Made by a program: the position numbers and the translations under genes. Shown here one piece after another: positions 27,152-35,721 of a stretch of 53,982 bases of DNA (position 1 is its first letter; each line of letters opens with the position of its first letter). The notes under the pieces are model-generated. The model worked only from the letters and a program-made list of their open reading frames with translations. It was not told the origin of the DNA and did not search any database. This DNA is from a virus, in the IMG/VR virus record IMGVR_UViG_3300028840_003311, one strand, 5' to 3'.

Positions 27152-27593
27152 ATTCTGCTCCTTTTGGATGTACATACAAGAACTGGCCATCCTCGGCGGG
27201 CGGGCGGGTGAAGTAGCGGGCCAGGCTGTAGGCGCCATCCGGGTTACAAATGGGACAGAGGCGCGGGGACTCTGCTCTGCATTTCAGGACCATCTCCACG
27301 GCCTGGTCCACAAGGTCCTCTTCCGGGACTGGGCCAAGGGCGGCCTCTGGCGGCCACGTGCGGGCCAGAATCAGCCCATTGGATGCCTGGGCTGCTACGG
27401 CGGATGTCAGGCCAGAGCCGTTCCCGCTGACGTGTTCGCCCAGGCGGAAGGGCAGCGGCCTGGCGGTAAAGCCAAGGTAGTGCTGGCAATGCAGATAGGG
27501 CTGTTCAAAGTGCAGCAGGTAGACCACGCCCAGTTCCCCACGGTAGCCCACGCGTCGGCGTTTGTCGTCGGTGTGAACACGGCGGCTATTCAT
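27108..27593 (-). CDS. GIY-YIG-like nuclease-fold protein
   Basis: VVYLLHF...HYLGFT...RLGEH resembles the GIY-YIG core. ATG 27593 overlaps the upstream stop. Confidence 0.45.
   Translation of the reverse strand: MNSRRVHTDDKRRRVGYRGELGVVYLLHFEQPYLHCQHYLGFTARPLPFRLGEHVSGNGSGLTSAVAAQASNGLILARTWPPEAALGPVPEEDLVDQAVEMVLKCRAESPRLCPICNPDGAYSLARYFTRPPAEDGQFLYVHPKGAEYGIPIRSTAWPAQV
27164..27179. promoter_or_regulatory. 16-bp near-palindrome TTGGATGTACATACAA abutting the RBS of the wHTH gene
   Basis: The minus strand reads TTGTATGTACATCCAA-AAGGAGcagaatATG. Related to sites at 16203 and 34342. Confidence 0.4.
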
Positions 27594-28101
27594 AGCGGGT
27601 CCTGTCGTGGCGGTAGTCTGCCGCAGCCTCGACCTGCTCATAGGCGTAGCGGATGGCCTCATAGATAACACTGCCCTTGGTGTCTGCATGGGGGAACGCG
27701 TCGGCCAGTTCGTTCAGCATGGCGGCCAAGCTGGCCTCCTTGCCCGTGGGCGCCCTGAACCATAGTTGCTCCCTGGCGTCGAACACAGGCGCGCGGCGCA
27801 AGCTCAAGCCTCGGCGTTTGGCCTCGCTTATCACGGCCGATTGTGTCCGCTTGGGCAGCCCTTGGGCGATTTGCTCCGCGGACTGGCCCTTTTCGGCCTG
27901 CTGGACCAGGAAGGCTATTTCTTGATCGCTCCAGGCGCCAGCCCTTCTATCCAGGCTGACCCTGAGCTTGTGGGCGCGGGCGTAGACGCTGGACGCGGTG
28001 CGCCTTGGGGACAGGAGTTGCCCTATCTCGGCGGCGGTACGTGTGCCAGCCAGGGCGCGAATCGTGCTATCGTCCTGCGGAGTGTACGGATTGCGAACCA
28101 T
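27586..28101 (-). CDS. DNA-binding protein with two Myb/SANT-like repeats
   Basis: Two W/Y-x-D-x-I motif repeats (YTPQDDSTIRAL..., WSDQEIAFLVQQ...). ATG after AAAGGAGC. First gene after the promoter at 28.15 kb. Confidence 0.5.
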   Translation of the reverse strand: MVRNPYTPQDDSTIRALAGTRTAAEIGQLLSPRRTASSVYARAHKLRVSLDRRAGAWSDQEIAFLVQQAEKGQSAEQIAQGLPKRTQSAVISEAKRRGLSLRRAPVFDAREQLWFRAPTGKEASLAAMLNELADAFPHADTKGSVIYEAIRYAYEQVEAAADYRHDRTRYE

Positions 28102-28145
28102 GTAAAATGCTCCTTTCGTTTGTGGGTTTGGGTGGCCGCTAGTCC

Positions 28146-28174
28146 ATCATACCATAGGTACAGTCAATTGTCAA
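28146..28174 (-). promoter_or_regulatory. Sigma70-type promoter (TTGACA-N17-TGGTATGAT)
   Basis: The minus strand reads TTGACAattgactgtacctaTGGTATGAT. Confidence 0.7.
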
Positions 28175-29102
28175 GGACTGGCTTGGTTTTTGGTTCAAGC
28201 GACCCGATGTGGGCCAGGGCGCGCTCTAGTTGTTGCCTGGCCTGGGCCAGTTCGTGGCGTAACTCGTCGTTCTCGACCTGTAGATCTTGGGCCAGGCGGG
28301 CCAGTTCCTCCCCGTAGGCGCCACAAGTGCAGCGGGCCTTGTGGAGGGCCGCCAGGCGCCAGCCTTGGCGGTCCCCGCAGAAGGGACACGTCTCGGCCTC
28401 GATGACCACAAGAGGGGCGCCGTCGCTCTCCCATAGCTCCCGGTTGATGACGTCCTTCATCTCGCGCGTATTTTCAAACTCGCCTTGACAGGCGCGCTCT
28501 AAGTAGGCCTCTTTCATCGGTCTGCTAAGGGCGCTTTTGGCTACGCTCTTGTGATGCTCAAAAGTCAGGTCGGGGCGGCGGATTTCATAGGGAACGTGGC
28601 GACACACCCAGGCGTAAGACGCCAAGGTGTCATATTGATGGCCAGTCAGTTCTATGTACTGGGTGTAGGTGTCTCCCCATCGACTGGCGCCATAGTTTAT
28701 CAGGTCGCCCAGGATGAAGGGCATCCTGAAATGGGCCTTGACCAGGCGCCCAGTCAGGTATCCCCATTCTTCCAACGTCGGGTTGCGCGTGAACCGGGCG
28801 CCCACTTCCGAGATCTCTAGGACGTCAGAGGGAACTACGGGTAGACTGGCGGGCTGGCCTGCGTTTGTGGGATAGGGATCAAAGTACCATTCCCCTCTGC
28901 CGTGATGACCATTGAAATTCCAGTGCAAAAGGCGCCCTTTTGTTCCATGCGTTAGGCCCTGCGGAAGGTTGCGCGTCTGGATGGTTACAACGTGGGCGGC
29001 GTCATTGTCCCAGCGGAACGTTGCCGCCTGGGCGCCCAGGCGGTGAACCTGGGCGCCCTCGATGATTTGCCCTATCGCGTTTGCTACTGCGGGCGTGCTC
29101 AT
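28164..29102 (-). CDS. Hypothetical protein (C-terminal Cys pairs and coiled coil)
   Basis: The ATG overlaps the upstream stop (ATGA). 312 aa. Confidence 0.6.
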   Translation of the reverse strand: MSTPAVANAIGQIIEGAQVHRLGAQAATFRWDNDAAHVVTIQTRNLPQGLTHGTKGRLLHWNFNGHHGRGEWYFDPYPTNAGQPASLPVVPSDVLEISEVGARFTRNPTLEEWGYLTGRLVKAHFRMPFILGDLINYGASRWGDTYTQYIELTGHQYDTLASYAWVCRHVPYEIRRPDLTFEHHKSVAKSALSRPMKEAYLERACQGEFENTREMKDVINRELWESDGAPLVVIEAETCPFCGDRQGWRLAALHKARCTCGAYGEELARLAQDLQVENDELRHELAQARQQLERALAHIGSLEPKTKPVLDN

Positions 29103-29953
29103 TGGGTCGAGCTCCGGATCTCTTGGATAGCCTCTAGGATCTGAGCGACGTAGCCATCCAGCCCGTACCAGGAGAGGTACTTTTCAAATGCCTCCACGGG
29201 CGCCAGCCCCTGGACCACGTCATCCAGGGCGGCGTCTGTCTCGTCTCGGGCGCCCATGCTCTGGCGGATGGCGCCCAGGACGTCGCCGGACAGCAAGCCC
29301 AGGTCCAGCCCTCCGGGCGTCGGGTCGGTGGCTAGGAGCTCACCATCCAGGTCCGGGCGGCCTTGGGTGGCCTGGCCCAGGGCGGGCGCCACGATGGGCG
29401 CCCAGTGAGTGACGGCGTGGGCCTCCACGCCCTGGGCGTCAAACCATCGGCCATCTTTGAGGCGGCTCAGCGTGTCGGCGTAGGGCGGGAAGTTCCCCGT
29501 GTCCACCCAGGCCCAAACCTTTTCGCCGGGCGGTGGCGGCTCTTGGTCGACCAGCCTCCACGGCCATGGGCGTTCAACCTTGAACGTGATGGGCGCCTGG
29601 GCGACGCTGACAAACTGGGCGGTCAGGGCGTTCAGTTCGTCAATCCCGCTACTGATGCTGCCCAGGAGGGCAGCGGTCGTCTCGTCCACTTCGTCCTCTT
29701 CGGCCTCCGGGCCAATGATGTAGCGCCAGGCGGTCGGGACGGCCTCTCCGCGTTGCCAGGCCAGGCCAGCCAGGGCCGCGTCGTCCCCAAAGTCGATCCC
29801 GTTCAGGGCGTCGTCTGCGGTCGAGCGGCGGCCAAACGCAATGAAACCGGGCGTGTCCGGGGTGGCCATCCCCGGCACGTACTTCATCCAGATCTCGGTC
29901 CACTTCATCATTGGCGGCGGTGGTCCCTCTCCGAACCTATTCCACGTCTTCAC
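29099..29953 (-). CDS. Hypothetical protein
   Basis: GTG after CAGGAGCAGAACA. Confidence 0.6.
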   Translation of the reverse strand: MKTWNRFGEGPPPPMMKWTEIWMKYVPGMATPDTPGFIAFGRRSTADDALNGIDFGDDAALAGLAWQRGEAVPTAWRYIIGPEAEEDEVDETTAALLGSISSGIDELNALTAQFVSVAQAPITFKVERPWPWRLVDQEPPPPGEKVWAWVDTGNFPPYADTLSRLKDGRWFDAQGVEAHAVTHWAPIVAPALGQATQGRPDLDGELLATDPTPGGLDLGLLSGDVLGAIRQSMGARDETDAALDDVVQGLAPVEAFEKYLSWYGLDGYVAQILEAIQEIRSSTQ

Positions 29954-30554
29954 TGTTCTGCTCCTGGCCCTTGGTGGGCGTATAGGCGGGAATCGCCCGC
30001 CAGGCGAGGACGGTCATGTCCTGGTTTTCGCTGTAGTCGTACCCGTGGACTCTCCACTCCTGGTAGTCGCTGCGGTAGTGGGCCAGATGTGCCCACTCCA
30101 TAGGGCCTTCCGGGCTGCCATCGTCAAACTTGACCCAGGCCAAGACCGTGGTCGTGTCGGTTGGCAGCTCTAGGGCGGGATCAGTCCAGAACGCGGGCGC
30201 GGGCGCGGGCGCGGGCGGGATGGCCAGGGCGTCGGCCAGGCGGGCCTCGGCTCTCAAGCTGTAGGCCCACCCAAGGTAGCAAAAGTCCTCTTCCATCGTG
30301 GGCGCCAGGGCGCTGCACTTGTCGCAGTCGGCCAGGTGGGCGCGGTACTGCTGATGGGCCATCACGGCCTCTCGCCAGATTTCGGCGGCTGCCCATCGTT
30401 CCAGGATGGCCAGGGCGCGGGCCTCGGGGATTTCGGCGTTCATTGCGACCAGGGCGACGGGGACGCCTTCCCCGGTCGCCAGGCGCCACATATCAGCGGC
30501 GGGTGATTTTTCGACGGTCAAGGGCGCGTCGTCGTTCATGCCATAGATAGACAC
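29937..30554 (-). CDS. Hypothetical protein
   Basis: GTG after TAAGGAGCAGAACC. Confidence 0.6.
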   Translation of the reverse strand: MSIYGMNDDAPLTVEKSPAADMWRLATGEGVPVALVAMNAEIPEARALAILERWAAAEIWREAVMAHQQYRAHLADCDKCSALAPTMEEDFCYLGWAYSLRAEARLADALAIPPAPAPAPAFWTDPALELPTDTTTVLAWVKFDDGSPEGPMEWAHLAHYRSDYQEWRVHGYDYSENQDMTVLAWRAIPAYTPTKGQEQNSEDVE

Positions 30555-30565
30555 GGTTCTGCTCC

Positions 30566-30862
30566 TTATCCCTGGCCAAAATCGGCCAGGACCTCTTCAA
30601 GTGTGCGGGCGACAAGGATAGCGCCTGGCCAGGTCGCTATGAACTGCTCTTGGCCAGGCGTCAGGTCGCCCTCGTCGGTTTTGATTTCCACGCCACGTAT
30701 CAGCCAGAGGCCCAGGCGGGCATTGTAACCCCACGTGAAAATGTCGGGCGTCTCAAAGTAGGGCGATGCGTCCCAAACGTGATGGCCACAAGCCCGGAGG
30801 CCTGCGGTAATCTCGGCTTGGTTTGCGTCTCGCTGGGTGGCGTAGCGTGGTTTGTTGCTCAT
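30566..30862 (-). CDS. VRR-NUC / PD-(D/E)xK nuclease (resolvase-like)
   Basis: ETPDIF...GVEIKTDEGDLTPGQEQF fits the D...E-x-K plus downstream Q pattern of VRR-NUC domains. Confidence 0.6.
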   Translation of the reverse strand: MSNKPRYATQRDANQAEITAGLRACGHHVWDASPYFETPDIFTWGYNARLGLWLIRGVEIKTDEGDLTPGQEQFIATWPGAILVARTLEEVLADFGQG

Positions 30863-31197
30863 TCGCGGTGGGTCCCCCAGGTGGCCGCATGGTCCATGTC
30901 ATCCGGGATGCGGTAGCGATTGGCTCCGTAGCGGCGCCAGGTGGGCGCGTCGGTTCGCTCTCCCGTCAGGCGGATGGCGTGGGCGGCCTGGGCGTCCAGC
31001 GGGCCTTTGACGCGCCATGCGTTCCCATCGGTGTGCAGGTCGGCCTCCAGGATCTGGAACGCTTCCACGCCAGCCTCGCGGAGGTCCTCGCTCAATTGGC
31101 GTTTCCACTCTGCGGCGGATTCAACGATCCCATAAAGGGTCAGGTCTAAATGAACCGCGTGGGCCAGCCCTTCCGGGCTGTATTCGATGGTTATCAC
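30859..31197 (-). CDS. Hypothetical protein
   Basis: GTG after GGAGG. Coupled to both neighbours through GTGA and ATGA overlaps. Confidence 0.55.
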   Translation of the reverse strand: MITIEYSPEGLAHAVHLDLTLYGIVESAAEWKRQLSEDLREAGVEAFQILEADLHTDGNAWRVKGPLDAQAAHAIRLTGERTDAPTWRRYGANRYRIPDDMDHAATWGTHRE

Positions 31198-31496
31198 GGG
31201 CAGCCTCCATAGCGAATGGTCTCTTCTGTGTCATCCGGGACAAGTAGGGCCAGCACATAGTCGCCCTCTAGCGGGCCGCTCGGTGCCCGGGCGGATAGCT
31301 CGGCCTGGAGGGCCTGGGCGCGCGGGCTATCGGCCGGAAGGCCAGCCAGGCAGGTTTCTAGTCGCTCTGTGCTCTGGCGGTCCAGCCAGGCTTGGCTCGG
31401 GACCTGGGCGGAGACTGGAAAAGGGCTTGGGCCTTGGCGGGCCAGGGCGCCCACGGGCTCGGGGGGAAACGCGCGAACGGTGTTTTGGGTGGTCAT
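31194..31496 (-). CDS. Hypothetical protein
   Basis: ATG after AGGAGAG. Confidence 0.5.
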   Translation of the reverse strand: MTTQNTVRAFPPEPVGALARQGPSPFPVSAQVPSQAWLDRQSTERLETCLAGLPADSPRAQALQAELSARAPSGPLEGDYVLALLVPDDTEETIRYGGCP

Positions 31497-31507
31497 AGGT
31501 GGCTCTC

Positions 31508-31825
31508 CTAGCAGCAGCCGTCAATGGACGGCACGCGGGCAATGGCGCATCCGCCATCCTGAAAATAGAAGCAGCCCTGGCAGAACTCCGCGTCCAGGGC
31601 TGCAATGAGGGCCTGGCCTGGGCCAGCCATCAGGGCGTCAATGGCGTCACCATTGGGCGCTCTGGTCAACTGGCCCAGGAAGGCGTAAAACCGGGGGAAC
31701 CTGTCGTCAGGTGTTTCGGCCAGGCGCTCGGCGTCGGCCAGGAGAGTGGATAGGCGGGCCACGTTTCCGCGGGCGGCGTCTAGCGCTCTGAGGAAAACGG
31801 CGGGCGTCACGGCCAATTGGTTCAC
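31508..31825 (-). CDS. Hypothetical protein
   Basis: GTG 31825 after AAAGGAGCAACAC. The longer track ORF start at 31855 would abut the promoter -10. Confidence 0.5.
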   Translation of the reverse strand: MNQLAVTPAVFLRALDAARGNVARLSTLLADAERLAETPDDRFPRFYAFLGQLTRAPNGDAIDALMAGPGQALIAALDAEFCQGCFYFQDGGCAIARVPSIDGCC

Positions 31826-31864
31826 GTGTTGCTCCTTTCGCTTGGGCGGCGTCACTGTGTAGCC

Positions 31865-31893
31865 ATTCTACCACAGGCGCGCGGTATTGTCAA
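31865..31893 (-). promoter_or_regulatory. Sigma70-type promoter (TTGACA-N17-TGGTAGAAT)
   Basis: The minus strand reads TTGACAataccgcgcgcctgTGGTAGAAT. Confidence 0.65.
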
Positions 31894-32102
31894 GGGCGGG
31901 TTTTGTCGTTTTGCTGGGCTTGGGCGGCCTCTTCTTCAAGCCATCCTTGGGACCAGGCATATGCCAGGGCGGCGTCCTCTCCCACGCCCAGGGCGTATGG
32001 ATTGCTTGTGTAGCGCCTATTGGCCCGAAACGCGACCCGCCCACGTTCGCGGGCGCTATCAAGGTCTTGTTGGTGGATGTCCTCAAGCGTGAAACGGTTC
32101 AC
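31890..32102 (-). CDS. Small Rmf-like (ribosome modulation factor-like) protein
   Basis: GTG 32102 after CAGGAGG. RGRVAFRANRRYTSNPY...AYAWSQGWLEE resembles the Rmf pattern (basic helix, CPY/NPY, W-x-x-GW). Confidence 0.45.
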   Translation of the reverse strand: MNRFTLEDIHQQDLDSARERGRVAFRANRRYTSNPYALGVGEDAALAYAWSQGWLEEEAAQAQQNDKTRP

Positions 32103-32506
32103 TTGGCGGCCTCCTGGTCGCGGGCGGCGCCGGCGATCTCGGGCGGTGTCTCGGGCGCCACGATTGCCCACGTCTCGGTCCCACAGATTGAGCAGTAGCG
32201 GGTCAGGTTAGAAGTATCCTCCTGCTCATAGGCAACGTCCTGGCAATGCGGGCACCAGCCCAGGCCCTCGCGTTCCGCGAACTCGTAAATCAAGGCCTGG
32301 GCCACGTCTGAGAAATCCGGCCGAGACAAGGTGTACGGGTGGGATCTCCACCTGAGCGAACGTTTGCAGCCGCGTGCGTACATGAAACCGATGGCCGTCC
32401 AGCCTTGTGGGCCTACATAGGAGCTCGGGATCTCGATCCAAAACCCCCTTGTTCCGCTATTGTCCCCAGGGCGGGCGCGGGCCTGGATCGTCTTTCTCTT
32501 TCCCAT
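32099..32506 (-). CDS. Zinc-ribbon protein (paralogue of 32508-32897)
   Basis: ATG 32506 after GGAAAGAGGG. Contains GWCPHC...YCSICG. Confidence 0.55.
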   Translation of the reverse strand: MGKRKTIQARARPGDNSGTRGFWIEIPSSYVGPQGWTAIGFMYARGCKRSLRWRSHPYTLSRPDFSDVAQALIYEFAEREGLGWCPHCQDVAYEQEDTSNLTRYCSICGTETWAIVAPETPPEIAGAARDQEAAK

Positions 32507-32507
32507 T

Positions 32508-32897
32508 TTACCCTCTTTCCGGCTCAAGGCCAAGTATATCGGCCCCACAAGCCATACAAATGTCGCGGATACCACGGGCGTCAAGGGCGCCCTCCACTTC
32601 CACAAGGTTGTCGCAAGCTGGGCACCAGCCCATCTCATGGCTTTCGACTTGTAGCGTAATGAGTGCTTGGGCGGCCTGGGCGCGCGTCCTGTGCGGGAAT
32701 CCGTTCGCGGTTTCTGGCCAAGTGTACCATTCGGTGGGGGCGGTCGGGCCAGGGATTACGGCGTAGACGGTCCCCAGGGCGGTCGGCCAGGCTTGGCGGG
32801 CGTGAGGGATCAAGACAAAGAACCCAGGCATGCATCCGTGAGGGGTGGCTGTCTGTGTGGGTTGGTAGAGCGTGTGTTTCGCTGGCATAGTGTCCAT
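32508..32897 (-). CDS. Zinc-ribbon protein (paralogue of 32099-32506)
   Basis: ATG 32897 after AAGGAGA. Contains GWCPACD...ICMACG. Confidence 0.55.
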   Translation of the reverse strand: MDTMPAKHTLYQPTQTATPHGCMPGFFVLIPHARQAWPTALGTVYAVIPGPTAPTEWYTWPETANGFPHRTRAQAAQALITLQVESHEMGWCPACDNLVEVEGALDARGIRDICMACGADILGLEPERG

Positions 32898-32959
32898 TCG
32901 CGTGCATCTCCTTGGCCAGGGCGGCCACGTGTGCCGCCCTGGCGCTGTGATGAAATCGT

Positions 32960-33757
32960 CTACCTGGCGTCTCTGGCCTCGACGGCATAATCGCGGACTT
33001 GGCGCGCTTGCCATTCGGCTAGCTCGGCCTCTTCGCTCTCCACGTGGAGGATGTAGGCGTCAAGGTATCTCTGGGCGTTCCGGATGGTGTAGCGCGTCCT
33101 TTCCACAAACTGGGCGCGTCCATATTGGCGGTATTGCTTGGCCATCAAATTCGTAATGTTCTCAGTTGAGATGTAGGCCTCGCGGTAGAGATCGGCCTCG
33201 GTTTGGTCCGCCGTTTGTTTGAGTCGGATGGCTATCAAGCGGAGGGCCTTCCAGGTTTCGCCCAGCTCAGCGCGGATCTGATCGGCCTGGGCCAAGAACT
33301 GCTCCGCGACCTCGGCGGCGGCGGCTTCTTTCATCTGGCGATCGCACCAACGGAGCGTTTCGATCGGGCCTCGCGTGTCCAGACGTTCGTGCAGCACGTT
33401 GACGGCATCGGCTCCGGCCTGGGCAATGTCTCTGGCCTGGTAGGTCAAGAACTCGTACACATAGCGCCAGTCCTCGCGGTCGGGCGGCGCTCCGTCCAGT
33501 TCCTTGACGATCTGGTCAATGCGGGCCTGGTTTCGTGCTATCAGGTCGCGCGTTTTCTTGGGCATACGGCCGGAGGGCGTTTTCGGGCCGTCCGGGCCTT
33601 TCAGCCACGTGTTCCGCTGCGTCCACTTGGTCATCCAGAGGCGGCGGCGGTCGCGGCCTTCGGGCGTCATCGGGTAGCGGGCTTTGGCGGCCTGCTGGGC
33701 CTCGGCCAAGGTCTCAAGGTGGGCGTCAAAAACGGTGGTTCGTTGGTCGGCGTTCAT
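32960..33757 (-). CDS. Hypothetical helical protein
   Basis: ATG 33757 after AAAGAGAG. Its leader is duplicated at 38347-38393. Confidence 0.6.
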   Translation of the reverse strand: MNADQRTTVFDAHLETLAEAQQAAKARYPMTPEGRDRRRLWMTKWTQRNTWLKGPDGPKTPSGRMPKKTRDLIARNQARIDQIVKELDGAPPDREDWRYVYEFLTYQARDIAQAGADAVNVLHERLDTRGPIETLRWCDRQMKEAAAAEVAEQFLAQADQIRAELGETWKALRLIAIRLKQTADQTEADLYREAYISTENITNLMAKQYRQYGRAQFVERTRYTIRNAQRYLDAYILHVESEEAELAEWQARQVRDYAVEARDAR

Positions 33758-33793
33758 CGGTCGGCTCTCTTTCTGGCCCAGGCGGGCCAAGGC

Positions 33794-33814
33794 GGGCGCC
33801 CACGGTGGGCGCCC
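33794..33814 (-). repeat. Intergenic GGGCGCCC-pair hairpin
   Basis: GGGCGCCCAC-g-GTGGGCGCCC. Confidence 0.7.
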
Positions 33815-33832
33815 TGGCGGGTTGGGTGGCGT

Positions 33833-34225
33833 TTAGTTGTAGCAAACCAAGCGCATGCGGTTTAGCGCCTGGATGTCCAAAATGTGCTCTTGGCGGGCCA
33901 GCGCGGTGGCGGCCATTTCCACAAACGCGGCCTGGCGGCTTGTGGTGGGCGCCTCCGGGGCGGGCCAGTCACCGATCCAAGCAAAAACCAGGCGGGCCAC
34001 TTGCTCATCTCGGGCGGCCTGCTGAGCGAACCAAACCTTGGCGCGCCTGTTCCGCAGCTCAGTCAAAATTTGGTTTACGGCCTTGGCGGTCCAGATCCCC
34101 CTGTAAAAATCGCGGGCCAAGCGCGCCAGGGCGCGCTCGTCGTTCGACCTGTCTCCGTCAGCGGTTACCTGGAAAAACCAGGCCACAAAATCATCGCGGT
34201 GGTTATAGCGGCTCATGTTTGTCAT
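33833..34225 (-). CDS. Hypothetical protein
   Basis: ATG 34225 after AAAGGAGCAGAACG. First gene after the promoter at 34.27 kb. Confidence 0.55.
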   Translation of the reverse strand: MTNMSRYNHRDDFVAWFFQVTADGDRSNDERALARLARDFYRGIWTAKAVNQILTELRNRRAKVWFAQQAARDEQVARLVFAWIGDWPAPEAPTTSRQAAFVEMAATALARQEHILDIQALNRMRLVCYN

Positions 34226-34269
34226 CGTTCTGCTCCTTTGTGTCTCGCATTCAACCAAACTGTGACACC

Positions 34270-34298
34270 ATCATACCACAATAGCAAAGGTTTGTCAA
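34270..34298 (-). promoter_or_regulatory. Sigma70-type promoter with conserved upstream block
   Basis: The minus strand reads TTGACAaacctttgctattgTGGTATGAT. The upstream block CCCAACCTTAAAATTATAGCAAAGCGCAAAACTGGCCC is shared with the 35.7 and 38.9 kb promoters. Confidence 0.75.
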
Positions 34299-34341
34299 GG
34301 GCCAGTTTTGCGCTTTGCTATAATTTTAAGGTTGGGCGGCC

Positions 34342-34357
34342 TTGGATGTGCATCCAA
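34342..34357. promoter_or_regulatory. 16-bp palindrome TTGGATGTGCATCCAA (operator-like)
   Basis: 14 of 16 positions are self-complementary. It lies about 45 bp upstream of the -35 of the 34.27 kb promoter. Confidence 0.45.
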
Positions 34358-34419
34358 AAAGTCACCGCCCTGGGCCAGGTGGGCGCCAGGGCGGCTAGAA
34401 TATGGTCAACTTGGGCGTT

Positions 34420-34731
34420 TTACTCGCGCGCGGCTGCCCGTTCGCAGGCGCCCAGGCAAGCCTCAAGCTCGGTTTGGATCAAGGCGAGGTCGCGTTGATC
34501 CTGGCGGGTCAGGCGCCCGCCTTGGTGTAGCCTGGCACATTCGCGGATGTCGTTCTGCAGGGCCTTGAGGATGACCAGGCCGAACCATTGGAGGGACACC
34601 ATCGTGTCCATCTGCGTGACGTGAAACGCAGCGGCGGCAGTTTCTATGTTTGTGGCCAAGTGGCCGCCCAGGGCGATGGCGTGGGCCTGATTGATGCGGG
34701 CGAGTGCTTGGGTGTCTCTGTGGTCTGTCAC
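34420..34731 (-). CDS. Hypothetical protein
   Basis: GTG after AAGGAGA. Confidence 0.5.
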   Translation of the reverse strand: MTDHRDTQALARINQAHAIALGGHLATNIETAAAAFHVTQMDTMVSLQWFGLVILKALQNDIRECARLHQGGRLTRQDQRDLALIQTELEACLGACERAAARE

Positions 34732-34750
34732 GGTCGTCTCCTTATCTGTT

Positions 34751-34777
34751 CTAGGGCGCCCACGGTGGGCGCCCTAG
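34751..34777 (-). repeat. Intergenic GGGCGCCC-pair hairpin (13-bp arms)
   Basis: CTAGGGCGCCCAC-g-GTGGGCGCCCTAG. Confidence 0.75.
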
Positions 34778-34811
34778 CAGGTGGCTTGGTGGGCCTGGGC
34801 GGCTTGGCGCT

Positions 34812-35651
34812 TTATGCGGCCTGGGCCAGCCCCATCTCGGCTTGAGCCTGCTCAATGGCGGCCAGAATCGCCTCAACGTCCTTGAGGCTGGCCATCACTG
34901 CTTCAATGGGATCCTTGGCGTATTTTTGGATGTACGCCCAGCTATTGCCGGTCGTGTCGCCAATGTTGTAGAGGTCCATCAGGACGCTGGCCGTAAACTC
35001 GGCTACGGTTTCTTGCTCTTCTTGCTGGCCTCCTTTGATCGTCTCGCCCCTGGCCTTCAAAACGCGCGCGTGAACCGCGTGGGCCAGTTCGTGGAAAAAC
35101 TCGGCGGCGCCGTGGGTGCCCACCCGAATGGCGTCTTTGGTCGGGCTGTAGTCGGCCAGGCGGTCAGGAGGGAGAGGCGTCCACGTTGCTTTCACGCCCA
35201 TGTGGGTGGCCACGTCAACCAGCGGAGGCAGCTTGGTGGGCGCATAGTTGAAGTCGGGCAGCGGTTCGCCCTCGGTCGACTCCACCGGGAAAACGGGGAT
35301 CGTGCGGAACCGCGTAAAGGCTACAACCTTGTGGCCGTCCTCAACTAGGGGTTTTCCATCGGCGCCCTTCTTGTAGACGTTGATGGGCGCAAAGATGAAC
35401 GCGGCAGAGCTGCCCTTCTTGACCTGGCGACCAACTTCCTGCCATTGGCGGTAACCGCGGCAGTCCAAGCTACCTGTCTGCAAGTAGGCCAAAACGACGT
35501 TATTGAACGACCAATGCGCCATTGGGCAGTCGTCGTCCGGGTGCCGGGTTATGCGGGCGATTCTGGTCACGGGTGAGAGGTCGCCGGACTTGAGCCGTTC
35601 GACGACCGAATCAAGGGAGGCTTGGGCCTTGGCTGAAAGTTTGATTTTCAC
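34812..35651 (-). CDS. ArdC-like protein (ssDNA-binding N-domain plus HExxH metalloprotease)
   Basis: GYRQWQEVGRQVKKGSSAAFIFAP resembles the ArdC-N/DUF1738 motif. FFHELAHAVH is a zincin motif. GTG after AAGGAGCAGAACA. Confidence 0.7.
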   Translation of the reverse strand: MKIKLSAKAQASLDSVVERLKSGDLSPVTRIARITRHPDDDCPMAHWSFNNVVLAYLQTGSLDCRGYRQWQEVGRQVKKGSSAAFIFAPINVYKKGADGKPLVEDGHKVVAFTRFRTIPVFPVESTEGEPLPDFNYAPTKLPPLVDVATHMGVKATWTPLPPDRLADYSPTKDAIRVGTHGAAEFFHELAHAVHARVLKARGETIKGGQQEEQETVAEFTASVLMDLYNIGDTTGNSWAYIQKYAKDPIEAVMASLKDVEAILAAIEQAQAEMGLAQAA

Positions 35652-35721
35652 TGTTCTGCTCCTTGGGCTGCCCGTAGCGGCGGGCGCCCTGCTCTAGGTC
35701 GCGGGTGTAAACTACACAGCC

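Noticed and set aside
34292-34324. A + strand TATAAT (34319-34324) with TTGTCA (34292-34297) as a divergent promoter
   Set aside because: The spacer is 21 nt, too long for a sigma70-type promoter. The equivalent positions in the 35.7 and 38.9 kb copies are TAAAAG and TCAAAT. The AT-rich block is better explained as an upstream element of the minus-strand promoter.
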